Source of the DNA: an uncultured archaeon
GTDB taxonomy: Archaea > Iainarchaeota > Iainarchaeia > Iainarchaeales > 1-14-0-10-31-34
NCBI GenBank assembly: GCA_964608675.1
Contig: CAZSOZ010000002.1
Coordinates: 192,001-256,000, forward strand
DNA: 64,000 nucleotides
Reading direction: 5' to 3'
Positions 26,668 to 36,207 of this stretch are shown piece by piece (within the stretch, counting starts at the first letter, position 1; the number at the start of each line of letters is the position of its first letter). A program made the position numbers and the translations under genes. The notes under the pieces are model-generated. The model saw only the letters and a list, made by a program, of their open reading frames with translations, did no database searches and was not told the origin of the DNA.

Positions 26668-27863
26668 TTATTTTTTTTAATGAATTTTTTATAAACAAAC
26701 CTTCCTGCAAAAAACAATACAATCAAAACAACAATCCAAAACCATAAATTAAAATCGGAAACAGAAACTTCAGCAACATCATAAACTTTTAAAATTAAAT
26801 TTTTGGTTATTGTTTTATCTGCACCATACTGGTCTTTGTACTGCATTATAATTTGAACAGGATATTCTCCTTTCTGCAAATCAGAATTCAAGTTAATTGT
26901 TTCTTTAAAAGAATCAAAGTCATCCGCATTCATGGTTCCAATAAAATGCTTTGGATTCTCAAATTCTCCTATTTCAGTTGAAAGCAGTACAACAAGAGAT
27001 TTTGCATCTCCTACTCCAACATTAAATAAATCAAAAGTTAATTCAGTTGTCCCCCCAGAATAAGGCTTGACTGAATAATTACTTATAACTGCATCCATTT
27101 CAGCGTTCTCTGCTACCTTAATTCCAATGTATTTTGTTTCAGTGTAATCAGTTAATTCTTCGTCTTTAAATTTAATTGTAATCGGCACCATATAAGTTTT
27201 CTGGTCTGCTTCAGGATTAACCCCCAAAATAATTGCAACAGTTTTTTCCTGTCCTTCCTTTAATTCATTCAAAAAAACAAAAGAACTTCCCAGCTGTTTT
27301 ATTTCTCTTTCAACAACCACTCCGGTGCTGGTTACAGTTCGATCTTCAGTGCTTCCCACTAAAATATTCAAAGCTTTCCCTGAACCAACATTCTTTAAAT
27401 TAAGGTTTACTTGAATGGACTGCCCTGGAGCAATCTCTGTCGGTTGAGCAGAAACAACTTCAATCTGAGGAGAAATCCTTAATACATCAATAGAATAAGG
27501 AACGCTTTTTTTTATGCCGTCTTCTTCAAGTACTTTCATTCTAATACTATAACTTCCATTTAATGCTTCAGAATTAACTCTGACTTTAAATTTAACTAAA
27601 AGGTTTTCGTTTCCTCTGATTGTTCCAAGCTGTTTTTCAGCTGAAACCCCTGGATCCAAAGAAAAAGGGTAATCTAAATCCAAAACAAATGAAACAGGAT
27701 TTGATTCAGCAGAACTTTTATTTTTTACTACAATCCATAATTCAGTGTATTGTCCTGGAACAGCAGGAGAAGGCGAATAAGTAACAGAATTAATATCCAA
27801 ATTTACTGCAGAAACAATTCCTACAAAAAACAAAACCAAAAAAAACAATAAAAATTTCTTCAT
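26664..27863 (-). CDS. COG1361 S-layer-like protein of archaeal ABC operons
   Basis: Signal peptide, PSPAVPG, repeated Ig-like L-x-N-x-G modules, C-terminal TM. Confidence 0.8.
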   Translation of the reverse strand: MKKFLLFFLVLFFVGIVSAVNLDINSVTYSPSPAVPGQYTELWIVVKNKSSAESNPVSFVLDLDYPFSLDPGVSAEKQLGTIRGNENLLVKFKVRVNSEALNGSYSIRMKVLEEDGIKKSVPYSIDVLRISPQIEVVSAQPTEIAPGQSIQVNLNLKNVGSGKALNILVGSTEDRTVTSTGVVVEREIKQLGSSFVFLNELKEGQEKTVAIILGVNPEADQKTYMVPITIKFKDEELTDYTETKYIGIKVAENAEMDAVISNYSVKPYSGGTTELTFDLFNVGVGDAKSLVVLLSTEIGEFENPKHFIGTMNADDFDSFKETINLNSDLQKGEYPVQIIMQYKDQYGADKTITKNLILKVYDVAEVSVSDFNLWFWIVVLIVLFFAGRFVYKKFIKKNK

Positions 27864-27951
27864 TTTTTACACCTCAAAATGACTCGGGGTATTGCATTAA
27901 ATAATTTGAATCCTGCAATAATAATTTAAATCAATAATTTAATAAACGCTT

Positions 27952-28653
27952 TCAATTTTTTTTTAGTTTTTTGTCGTCAACAATTTTTCCGTCTTTTAAA
28001 AAAATTATTCTCTGAGCTTTTTCTGCAATATCCTGTTCATGAGTTACGATTAAAATAGTTTTTCCTTTCTTTGAATGCAAATCAGAAATTAAATCCATTA
28101 TTTGGTCTCCTGATTTTGAATCAAGGTTTCCAGTAGGTTCATCTGCAACAATAATATCAGGATTAACAGCTAATGCACGAGCAATAGCCACTCTCTGCCT
28201 TTGGCCTCCGGAAAGCTCGCTTGGCTTATGGTTAATTCTGTCTCCTAAACCAACATCAGACAAAATTTTTTCTGCAGTTTTTTCTCTTTCGTTTCTTGAA
28301 GTCCCCTGAAACCACAAAGGAAGCATTACGTTTTCTTTTGCAGTCAAACGATTAATTAAATTAAATGTCTGAAAAACAAAACCAATAGTTTGTCCTCTGA
28401 TTTTAGCTAATTCATTGTCATCCATTTTTGAAATCGGCTTATTATTAATAAACACTTCTCCTGAACTAGGACGCAGTAAAACACTTAAAATGTCAAGCAA
28501 AGTTGTTTTGCCTGAACCAGAAGGCCCCATAATAGAAAGAAATTCTCCTTCCTTTAATTCAAAGTTAACTCCATTCAAAGCATTAACTTTAACTTTACCC
28601 ATAAAATAAGTTTTAACTACATTTTCTGCTTTAATAATTGTTTTTCCTGCCAT
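27952..28653 (-). CDS. ABC transporter ATP-binding protein (LolD/MacB-like)
   Basis: [35 protein letters not shown]. Confidence 0.96.
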   Translation of the reverse strand: MAGKTIIKAENVVKTYFMGKVKVNALNGVNFELKEGEFLSIMGPSGSGKTTLLDILSVLLRPSSGEVFINNKPISKMDDNELAKIRGQTIGFVFQTFNLINRLTAKENVMLPLWFQGTSRNEREKTAEKILSDVGLGDRINHKPSELSGGQRQRVAIARALAVNPDIIVADEPTGNLDSKSGDQIMDLISDLHSKKGKTILIVTHEQDIAEKAQRIIFLKDGKIVDDKKLKKN

Positions 28654-28754
28654 CAGCACACCAAAAAAAAAAGTTTTTCAATAAAAAATGAAGTCAAATC
28701 AATTTAAATAATTTTTGAAATGTAATTTTTTTATTAAAAAAAAAAGAGAAAAAA

Positions 28755-30290
28755 ATGAATAAAAAAGATTTAATAAAAAAAATAAAAGAAAACTGCACTT
28801 TAATTAAAAATCCTTTACCAGAGGAATTAAGAGAAACTGCCAAGCCAATGGAAAAAACAACTGAATTTGGTTCAGCATCATATGTGACAAAAATAAGAAG
28901 CAGAAGCGCAAAAAAAACTTTTATTGTGCCAGAAATAAAACTGGGAATAAAACAACAGGAAATAAAAGAAAAAGAAGCAGATGAACTCGCAGAAAAAGTT
29001 TTTGAATACCTTAAAGGAAAAGAATTAATTCAATTAGACAAAACAATGTGTACAAAACAGGAATACGAAATTCCCTGCAGGCTTTATGTAAGCAAAGAAC
29101 AAGCAAAACTTGCTTTCATGTGGAATTATATGCTGTTTGAATCAAAGCCTGCTGAACCGGAAATGATTTCAATTCATATTCCTGAATGGCCTGAAACAAA
29201 AATATTTTGTTATCCAAAACAAAAAATTACTTTTTGTCTGGGTTCAGATTACTTTGGAGAAGTAAAAAAAAGTTTTCTGAGAATGGGCATGTTTTATCAT
29301 AAAGAAAGAACAAAAGGATTAGGATTTCATGCAGGAAGCAAACTACTTAAAGTAAAAAACAAAAACAATGAATTAAAAGAAACCGGTTTTATTATGTTTG
29401 GATTAAGCGGAACAGGAAAAACCACTTTAACAATCCACAACCATAACTTAACAGGAGAAGAAGAATACAGCATAAGACAGGATGACGTAGTGTTTATGAA
29501 CGAAAAAGGATTCTGTGCAGGAACAGAATACGGTTTTTTTATTAAAACAGAAGGATTAGATGAAAGCCAAAAAGTTTTATATGAAGCAGCCACAAAACCC
29601 ACTGCAATCTTTGAAAACGTAATGGTAAAAGAAAACGGAAAAATAGACTTCAAAGACTTAAGTTTGACTTCAAACGGAAGAGGCGTTTTGCCCAGAAATT
29701 CAGTTGAAGGCGCAGGACCAGAAATAAATTTGCCTAAAGCACACAAAATAATTTTTATTACAAGAAGAGAAGACATTGTTCCAGTAATAGCAAAACTTTC
29801 ACCAGAGCAGGCAACAGCATTCTTTATGTTAGGAGAAAGCATTGAAACTTCAGCAGGAGATCCTTCAAAAGCAGGGCAGTCAAAAAGAGAAGTTGGAACA
29901 AACCCATTCATTATAGGAAAAGAAGAAGAAGAAGGAAACAGATTATATGAAATACTCAAAAAAAACAAGGACATTGAATGCTTTGTAATGAATACAGGAG
30001 GCATTGGAAGAACAGGATTCGGAAAAGGAAAAAACATTTCAATTAAACTGTCAACCGATATAATGAAATTTATTGCAAAAGACATGATTGAATGGATAGA
30101 AGACTCTCACTGGAATTATTTAGTGCCAAAAAACATTCCTGGATTTGATTTCTCTGAATTTGATCCGGCAAAATATTATTCTCCAGAAGAATTCGAAGAA
30201 AAAATCAATAAACTAAGAACAGAAAGAAAAGAATGGTTAGCTCAGTTTCCTGGACTAAAAAAAGAAATAATTGAATCAATTGAAAAATGA
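28755..30290 (+). CDS. pckA: Phosphoenolpyruvate carboxykinase (ATP)
   Basis: GSDYFGEVKK, GLSGTGKTTL, QDD, TEYGFFIKT, FENV, NGRG, NPF, NTG. Confidence 0.88.
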   Translation: MNKKDLIKKIKENCTLIKNPLPEELRETAKPMEKTTEFGSASYVTKIRSRSAKKTFIVPEIKLGIKQQEIKEKEADELAEKVFEYLKGKELIQLDKTMCTKQEYEIPCRLYVSKEQAKLAFMWNYMLFESKPAEPEMISIHIPEWPETKIFCYPKQKITFCLGSDYFGEVKKSFLRMGMFYHKERTKGLGFHAGSKLLKVKNKNNELKETGFIMFGLSGTGKTTLTIHNHNLTGEEEYSIRQDDVVFMNEKGFCAGTEYGFFIKTEGLDESQKVLYEAATKPTAIFENVMVKENGKIDFKDLSLTSNGRGVLPRNSVEGAGPEINLPKAHKIIFITRREDIVPVIAKLSPEQATAFFMLGESIETSAGDPSKAGQSKREVGTNPFIIGKEEEEGNRLYEILKKNKDIECFVMNTGGIGRTGFGKGKNISIKLSTDIMKFIAKDMIEWIEDSHWNYLVPKNIPGFDFSEFDPAKYYSPEEFEEKINKLRTERKEWLAQFPGLKKEIIESIEK

Positions 30291-30361
30291 AGCGGATTGA
30301 TTTAAATTTGTTTTGCGCATTCTATTTTATGAAAAATTATGAAGTTTTTTGGAGGGGTTGA

Positions 30362-31561
30362 ATGCCGGAAATAAGTAATAGAACAAAAAATTTAGGAACC
30401 GAAAATGCTTTTGTTGTGTTAGGAGAAGTCAACAAAAGAATTGCACAAGGAGAAAAAATAATTAGTTTTTGTATAGGCCAGCCTGATTTTGATGCCCCTG
30501 AAAACGTAAGAGAAGCAGCAAAAAAAGCAATTGAATCAAATAAATCAGGGTACACTTCTTCCTGCGGAGTGCCTGAATTAAGAAAAGCAATAGCAGAATA
30601 CGAAGGAAAAGCAAGAGGAATAGAAATTAACCCTGACTGGATTGTAGTTGATTCAGGAGCAAAAAGCTTTATTACTCATTCAATTATGACAACAACAGAC
30701 TACGGAAAAGGAGACGAAATAATGTACCCTAATCCAGGATACCCAATTTATTCAGCACAAACAGAAGTAAACGGAGCAACAGGAATCCCCTACAATATTC
30801 TGGAATCAAAAAACTTTAATTTTGATTTAGAAGAATTCAAAGAAAAAGTTTCAAATAAAACAAAATTAATTATAATTAATTCCCCGCAAAACCCAACAGG
30901 AGGAGTTCTCACAAAAGAATCATTAAAAGGAATAGCAGACATTGCATTAGACAAAGACATATGGGTTTATGCAGACGAAATCTATCAGCACATAATGTTT
31001 GACGGAAAATTTGAAAGCATTGCTTCATTAGAAGGAATGCAAGAAAAAACAATTATTGCAACAGGAGTAAGCAAAACTTTTGCAATGACCGGCTGGAGAA
31101 TAGGATATGCAATAAACGAAAAATTAGCTAAACCTTTTACTACCTGGGTTACAAACATTAATGCATGCGCAGGACACGTCAACCAGTTTGCAGCAATAGC
31201 CGCACTAAAAACAGCAGAAGAAGACGCAAAAAAAATGACTGAATCCTTTCACAAAAGAAGAGATTTAATTGTAAAACTAGTTAACGAAATTCCCGGATTC
31301 AAATGCTTGAATCCAAAAGGAACTTTTTACATTTATCCAAATGTAAGTGAAGCATGCAAAATGATTAACACAAAAGATTCAGAAGAATTAAGAAAAAGAA
31401 TTTTAGATGAAGCAAAAGTAGCTGTTCTGGCAGACATTCATTTCGGAAAAAAAATCCCGTCAGAAGGCGAACACTTAAGATTTTCTTTTGCAACATCAGA
31501 CGAAAACATAAAAGAAGGAACACAAGCAATAAAAGAATTCATGGAAAAAAACTCAAAATAA
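30362..31561 (+). CDS. PLP-dependent aminotransferase class I/II (AspAT-like)
   Basis: GQPDF, NSPQNPTG, DEIY, SKTFAMTGWRIG. Confidence 0.93.
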   Translation: MPEISNRTKNLGTENAFVVLGEVNKRIAQGEKIISFCIGQPDFDAPENVREAAKKAIESNKSGYTSSCGVPELRKAIAEYEGKARGIEINPDWIVVDSGAKSFITHSIMTTTDYGKGDEIMYPNPGYPIYSAQTEVNGATGIPYNILESKNFNFDLEEFKEKVSNKTKLIIINSPQNPTGGVLTKESLKGIADIALDKDIWVYADEIYQHIMFDGKFESIASLEGMQEKTIIATGVSKTFAMTGWRIGYAINEKLAKPFTTWVTNINACAGHVNQFAAIAALKTAEEDAKKMTESFHKRRDLIVKLVNEIPGFKCLNPKGTFYIYPNVSEACKMINTKDSEELRKRILDEAKVAVLADIHFGKKIPSEGEHLRFSFATSDENIKEGTQAIKEFMEKNSK

Positions 31562-31563
31562 AA

Positions 31564-32796
31564 TCAAGAAGAATTTGAATCCATGGGAACAACCTGTTCT
31601 TGAACATCCTTCTCCACTTGAGAAGAATTTAAACTGCATACAGCTATTTCAGAATAATCAAAGTCATTCAAAAAATAATTAAAAGTAAAATTTTCTTTTA
31701 CATTAAAAGAAGAAAAATCACCAGACAACGAAATTGCAGTAAAAACCCCCGGCTTTAAAGTATAAGGACAAACAACACATTCAGTTTCCAAAACAGAAGT
31801 TGTCACATCATTTAATTGAATTTCGTTTTCAGTTAAATTAATTAAACCAAAAACAAGAAAATTGTCCTGCAAAGAAACAGATTGAATTTTAATGTTAGAT
31901 GAAATAAAAGTGCATTCACTTTCTTTTTGAGGGCTTTCAGAGTTCATAATGCTGACTCCCATCATCAAAGCCTTAAAGCATGCTCCAACGGCTTCAAAAG
32001 CTTCAGTCATTTCTTGGATTTCTTCTTTAGAAGCATGCGTTGAAGTAAGCTGTCCAGAAATCAGCTGAGCAGAATTATTATTTAAATTAACTTCAATTAC
32101 AGCAATGTCATCCTGGTCTTCAAATTCCCTTGAAGAACTATAACCCTGATAAAAGCATTCTCCTAAAGCTTTAATTGAATAAGAAACAAGAAATTTTTTG
32201 CTTCCAGAATTACTTATTTCTCTTTTTAAAACAAGACTGCAGGATTCAATATTAGAAATTTGTTTCTCCAAATAAGAAATTTGTTGAGAATCAAGAGAAT
32301 CCAAAACATCAAGTGAATCAGAACTCAAAGAAGACAATTCATAAAAATCCTTTAAATTATTAATGTAAATCCGGGCATTGCATTCATTTTGTTTTAAAAG
32401 AGAATCATCAATTACCTTCAACATTTTTCCTACAGGAGTTTTTGATTCAGCCAAAGAAAAAATTTTATTATCAAGGCTTGATTCATTAAATTCCACTTGA
32501 ATTTCATCAGAAAAAACTGTTTCTCCTGCAAAAACAGTAATAACTGCAGTTGAACCAAAAGAAACACAATTTAATTTAATTTTATTTGCGCCCTGAATCA
32601 AAGAAAAATCATCATCACACAAAATTTCATCATCAGCAGAAGACAACTGGACTTTAACATCAACCTGCTTGTTTGAATGCAATTCAATCAAAGTTGAATC
32701 TCCTTCAACTGACGCAGACTTAATTAAAATCTGAGGCTGAAGAAGACAGCCAAAAAAAACAACAACCAAAACTAACAACAAGAAAAATTTTTTCAT
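31564..32796 (-). CDS. Hypothetical lipoprotein
   Basis: MKK + hydrophobic stretch + FFGC lipobox-like signal; long ORF, no recognised domain. Confidence 0.65.
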   Translation of the reverse strand: MKKFFLLLVLVVVFFGCLLQPQILIKSASVEGDSTLIELHSNKQVDVKVQLSSADDEILCDDDFSLIQGANKIKLNCVSFGSTAVITVFAGETVFSDEIQVEFNESSLDNKIFSLAESKTPVGKMLKVIDDSLLKQNECNARIYINNLKDFYELSSLSSDSLDVLDSLDSQQISYLEKQISNIESCSLVLKREISNSGSKKFLVSYSIKALGECFYQGYSSSREFEDQDDIAVIEVNLNNNSAQLISGQLTSTHASKEEIQEMTEAFEAVGACFKALMMGVSIMNSESPQKESECTFISSNIKIQSVSLQDNFLVFGLINLTENEIQLNDVTTSVLETECVVCPYTLKPGVFTAISLSGDFSSFNVKENFTFNYFLNDFDYSEIAVCSLNSSQVEKDVQEQVVPMDSNSS

Positions 32797-32849
32797 TTAA
32801 ACTAAAAAGTAAAAACACTTATTTAAACCTTTGCAAAAATTAAAGTTTT

Positions 32850-33413
32850 ATGGAATTAATTATTGCAACAGGAAACAAACACAAAGTCCAGGAAATCAAA
32901 AAAATTTTAGGAAAAAAAATTACATTAAAACAGTTAAATGTTGAACTGCATGAACCAAAAAGCAGTTCACTTGAAAAAATTGCAGAAGCAAAAGTCAGAC
33001 AGGCATACAAAAAAATAAGAAAGCCATTGATTACAGAAGATACAGGAATTTACTTTACTGACTTAAATAATTTTCCTGGAACAGAACCAAAAAGATGGTT
33101 TCTAAAATTAGGTTTTGATGGAATTCTAAAAAAACTTAAAGAAAAAAAAAGAAATGCCTACTACAAAACAGTTATCTGTTTTTTTGACGGAAAAAAAAGC
33201 AGGTTTTTTACAGGAAAATTACAAGGAAAAATCACAAAAAAAGTTTTTTTTCCAGAAAAAGATGTAATGGCATACGAAAAAATATTTATTCCAAAAGGCA
33301 AGAAAAAAGTTCTTGCATTCTATTCAAGGAAAACAAAAAACAGTTTTTCTCATCGCGCTAAAGCAGGCAAAAAATTAAAGGAATTTTTGAAAAAAAAATT
33401 CACAAAAAATTAA
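32850..33413 (+). CDS. Non-canonical purine NTP pyrophosphatase (HAM1/RdgB)
   Basis: ATGNKHK, EDTG, FPG, SHRAKA. Confidence 0.9.
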   Translation: MELIIATGNKHKVQEIKKILGKKITLKQLNVELHEPKSSSLEKIAEAKVRQAYKKIRKPLITEDTGIYFTDLNNFPGTEPKRWFLKLGFDGILKKLKEKKRNAYYKTVICFFDGKKSRFFTGKLQGKITKKVFFPEKDVMAYEKIFIPKGKKKVLAFYSRKTKNSFSHRAKAGKKLKEFLKKKFTKN

Positions 33414-34407
33414 TTATAGGATTTAAAATCAAATAGCTTAAAGCTCCAATAAAAGCAGTAACAGGAATAGTTAAAATCCATGCCCAAACAATGTTTCTTG
33501 CAATACTCCATCTTACAGCTGAAGCCCTCCTGCTTAAACCCACTCCCATAATTGAACCAGAAATTACATGAGTAGTGCTAACAGGAATTCCAAACAAAGT
33601 GCTTGCAATAATTACTCCTGCCCCGGAAGTTTCAGCACAAAAACCATTAACAGGCCTTAACTTGGTTATTTTTGTACCCATTGTTTTCACTACTCTCCAG
33701 CCTCCTGCAATAGTCCCTAAAGCAATCACCGAATGAGACAAAATTATAACCCACCAGGGAACATCAAACTGGCTTCCAAGCATTCCTCCAGAAAAAAGAA
33801 GCAAAGAAATTATTCCCATTGTTTTTTGAGCGTCATTTGTTCCATGGCCCAAAGAATAAACTGAAACAGAAATCAATTGAAGACGCTTAAACAAATTATT
33901 TACTTTTCCAGGAGGAGTTTTTTTAACCAGCCTTAAAATCAACGCAGAAAACAAAAAAGAACCAACCATTCCAAGAACCGGCGCAACAAAAATAAAAGCA
34001 AAAATAATTATAATACCTGAAACAATCAAAGAATTAAATCCTGCTCCAATTAATGCTGAACCAACAAGACCGCCAATTAAAGCATGAGAAGCAGAAACAG
34101 GCAAACCAATAAAAGAAGAAAAATAAACCCAAACAATAGATCCTATTAGACCAGCTAAAACAATTGTAGTAGTAACAACTTCAGGATTCACTAATCCTTT
34201 TCCAATAGTTTTTGCTACAGCAACAGAAAAAAGAAATGCAGCAACAAAATTAAAAAAAGCAGAAAGAAGAACTGCCGCACGAAGGGAAAGCACCCTTGTA
34301 GCAACAACAGTTGAAATTGCATTAGCAGCATCATTTAATCCATTTCCAAAATCAAAAGCCAAAGCCAAAACAATTCCAATTAAAACCAAAATAAAAAGAT
34401 CAAGCAT
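33400..34407 (-). CDS. pit: Inorganic phosphate transporter, PiT family
   Basis: GLNDAANAI, PVSASHA, HGTNDAQK, PVSTTH. Confidence 0.95.
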   Translation of the reverse strand: MLDLFILVLIGIVLALAFDFGNGLNDAANAISTVVATRVLSLRAAVLLSAFFNFVAAFLFSVAVAKTIGKGLVNPEVVTTTIVLAGLIGSIVWVYFSSFIGLPVSASHALIGGLVGSALIGAGFNSLIVSGIIIIFAFIFVAPVLGMVGSFLFSALILRLVKKTPPGKVNNLFKRLQLISVSVYSLGHGTNDAQKTMGIISLLLFSGGMLGSQFDVPWWVIILSHSVIALGTIAGGWRVVKTMGTKITKLRPVNGFCAETSGAGVIIASTLFGIPVSTTHVISGSIMGVGLSRRASAVRWSIARNIVWAWILTIPVTAFIGALSYLILNPIINFL

Positions 34408-35041
34408 GCTTTATCACAATGCCTTCAATTATTCTTGCAACATCCTGTGTCCTGTCAATTAATGCCTCTAATTCAGTATACAACTCCTTTCTTCTAATAA
34501 TATTTACAGGATTCTTTTCTTTTTTGAATAAGTCAGTCATTGCCCTAAAATAAATTTCGTCTCCTTCATCTTCAAGGTCATGAATTTTTCTTAAATGAGA
34601 AGAAATATTTTTTGGTTTTTTTAAGCAGGAAACAGCCTTATAAACTTCATGCAATGACTTCAAAGAAACAACAGACAATTCAAACAAGTCTTTGGGAATT
34701 TTGTTTATCTGATACTGAAGGCATTTTTGGGAAATGTCGTCCATTGAGTCAACTAAATCATCAAGCAATTCAGTTAACTGATGAATGTCTTCCCTATCAA
34801 TCGGAGTAATAAAACTTTTATGCAATAATTCAACTGTTTCATGAATTAATTTGTCTGCTTCATGCTCTCTGTCATTTATTTCCCTGATTTTTTTCTTTCT
34901 TTGAGACCAAGACAAAGAATCATAATCCCTTAAAAACTTGCCAAACAAAGTTCCTGTTTCACAAACCACTTGAGCCTGGTTTTTTAATAAATCGAAGAAA
35001 ATGTCTTCTTTTGGCATAAAAAAATTAATTATTCTCTTCAT
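34400..35041 (-). CDS. DUF47/PhoU-like Pit accessory protein
   Basis: EHEAD, FITPIDREDI, LEDEGD; coupled to pit. Confidence 0.93.
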   Translation of the reverse strand: MKRIINFFMPKEDIFFDLLKNQAQVVCETGTLFGKFLRDYDSLSWSQRKKKIREINDREHEADKLIHETVELLHKSFITPIDREDIHQLTELLDDLVDSMDDISQKCLQYQINKIPKDLFELSVVSLKSLHEVYKAVSCLKKPKNISSHLRKIHDLEDEGDEIYFRAMTDLFKKEKNPVNIIRRKELYTELEALIDRTQDVARIIEGIVIKHA

Positions 35042-35130
35042 TCAAAAATTTGCTCAAGAAAAATATTTAAACAGTTCTCAAACAAAAGAAACTTTAAAAT
35101 AAAAACTTTTGGCAATACAAATAAATGTCT

Positions 35131-35214
35131 GCAGGAGTAGGAAAGCGGTCAAATCCGCAGGGTTTAGGACCCTGTCCCTTAGTGGGTTCGCAGGTTCGAA
35201 TCCTGTCTCCTGCA
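35131..35214 (+). tRNA. tRNA-Leu(TAG)
   Basis: Acceptor GCAGGAG/CTCCTGC, anticodon arm CAGGG-TTTAGGA-CCCTG, long variable arm, GGTTCGAATCC; no encoded CCA. Confidence 0.96.
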
Positions 35215-35277
35215 AAACCTTTTCCAAAAGGTTTAACAAAATGTAGGGGGCAAGCCCGTACTGCAAAAAATTAAAGG

Positions 35278-36099
35278 ATGTTTATGTTTGCGACAGATTT
35301 AGGTTTAAGTTCATTCAAAGCAGTTGAATTCAAAAACAAAAAAATCAAAAAAAAGAAAAGAATTTTTTTAAACGAAAAAGAAAGCATTGAAAAACAAATA
35401 AAAAAATTTTTTTCAAGCAGATTTTTTCCAAGAAAAAAAGCAATTGCTTTAACTGGAGCACACTCACAAAAAGCTGTTTCAATATTAAAAAAAAAAAAAT
35501 TCATTTTAGTAAACGAAATTGAATCAATTGCAAAAGGAACTGCATCAATGTCAAAACAAAAAGAATTTCTTGCAGGTTCAATCGGAACAGGAATCTGTTT
35601 TGTTTCAGTGAAAAAAAATAAATGCATGCACATAGGAGGCACAGCAGAAGGAGGAAAAACAATAACCGGTTTAGGAAAGCTTATTGCAAAAGAAAAAAAC
35701 TTTAAAAAAATTGAATTGAATGCAAAAAAAGGGAACTATAAAAAAATTGATTTAATGCTTTCAGATGTTTATCCAAAAGGAATAGGTCTGCTTAAAGGAA
35801 ATGTTTCAGTTGCAAACTTTGGAAAAATAAAAAGCAAAAAAAAAGAGGATTTATGCGCAGGAATATTCAACATGGTTTGCCAGGGAATTTCAACTCATGC
35901 ATTGCTTGCAGCAAAATCTGCAGGACACAAAAAAATAGTTTTTGTAGGAAGCCTGGCTGAAAGCAGTTTATTCAAAAAGACTTTCAATGAATGCAGGAAA
36001 GTTTTTCCTTTAGCCAAAGGAATTTTTCTGAAAAATGCAGGTTATGCAACAGCAATCGGAGCAGCATTAATTGCATCAGAAACAAAAAAGAAAAAATGA
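35278..36099 (+). CDS. Type II pantothenate kinase-like (ASKHA) protein
   Basis: DLGLSSFK, LTGA, VNEIESIAKG, SIGTG, HIGGTAEGG, IDLMLSDVY, ANFGK, VFVGS, AIGA. Confidence 0.8.
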   Translation: MFMFATDLGLSSFKAVEFKNKKIKKKKRIFLNEKESIEKQIKKFFSSRFFPRKKAIALTGAHSQKAVSILKKKKFILVNEIESIAKGTASMSKQKEFLAGSIGTGICFVSVKKNKCMHIGGTAEGGKTITGLGKLIAKEKNFKKIELNAKKGNYKKIDLMLSDVYPKGIGLLKGNVSVANFGKIKSKKKEDLCAGIFNMVCQGISTHALLAAKSAGHKKIVFVGSLAESSLFKKTFNECRKVFPLAKGIFLKNAGYATAIGAALIASETKKKK

Positions 36100-36131
36100 G
36101 TTTTAATATAACTTTTTTTAAAAGTTGTTTT

Positions 36132-36204
36132 AGGAGAGTGGTCTAGTGGCTATGACAACGGCCTCACACGCCGTAGATCGGGAGTTCGACTCTCCCCTCT
36201 CCTA
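36132..36204 (+). tRNA. tRNA-Val(CAC)
   Basis: Acceptor AGGAGAG/CTCTCCT, anticodon arm ACGGC-CTCACAC-GCCGT, GAGTTCGACTC; TATA-like TTAATATA about 25 nt upstream. Confidence 0.95.
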
Positions 36205-36207
36205 CTT

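Noticed and set aside
29327-30085. 252-aa antisense ORF and the many similar shadow ORFs opposite real genes
   Set aside because: Ser/Phe/Ile-rich mirror translations of strongly biased coding strands; no independent motifs
35078-35266. 62-aa ORF
   Set aside because: Antisense to tRNA-Leu
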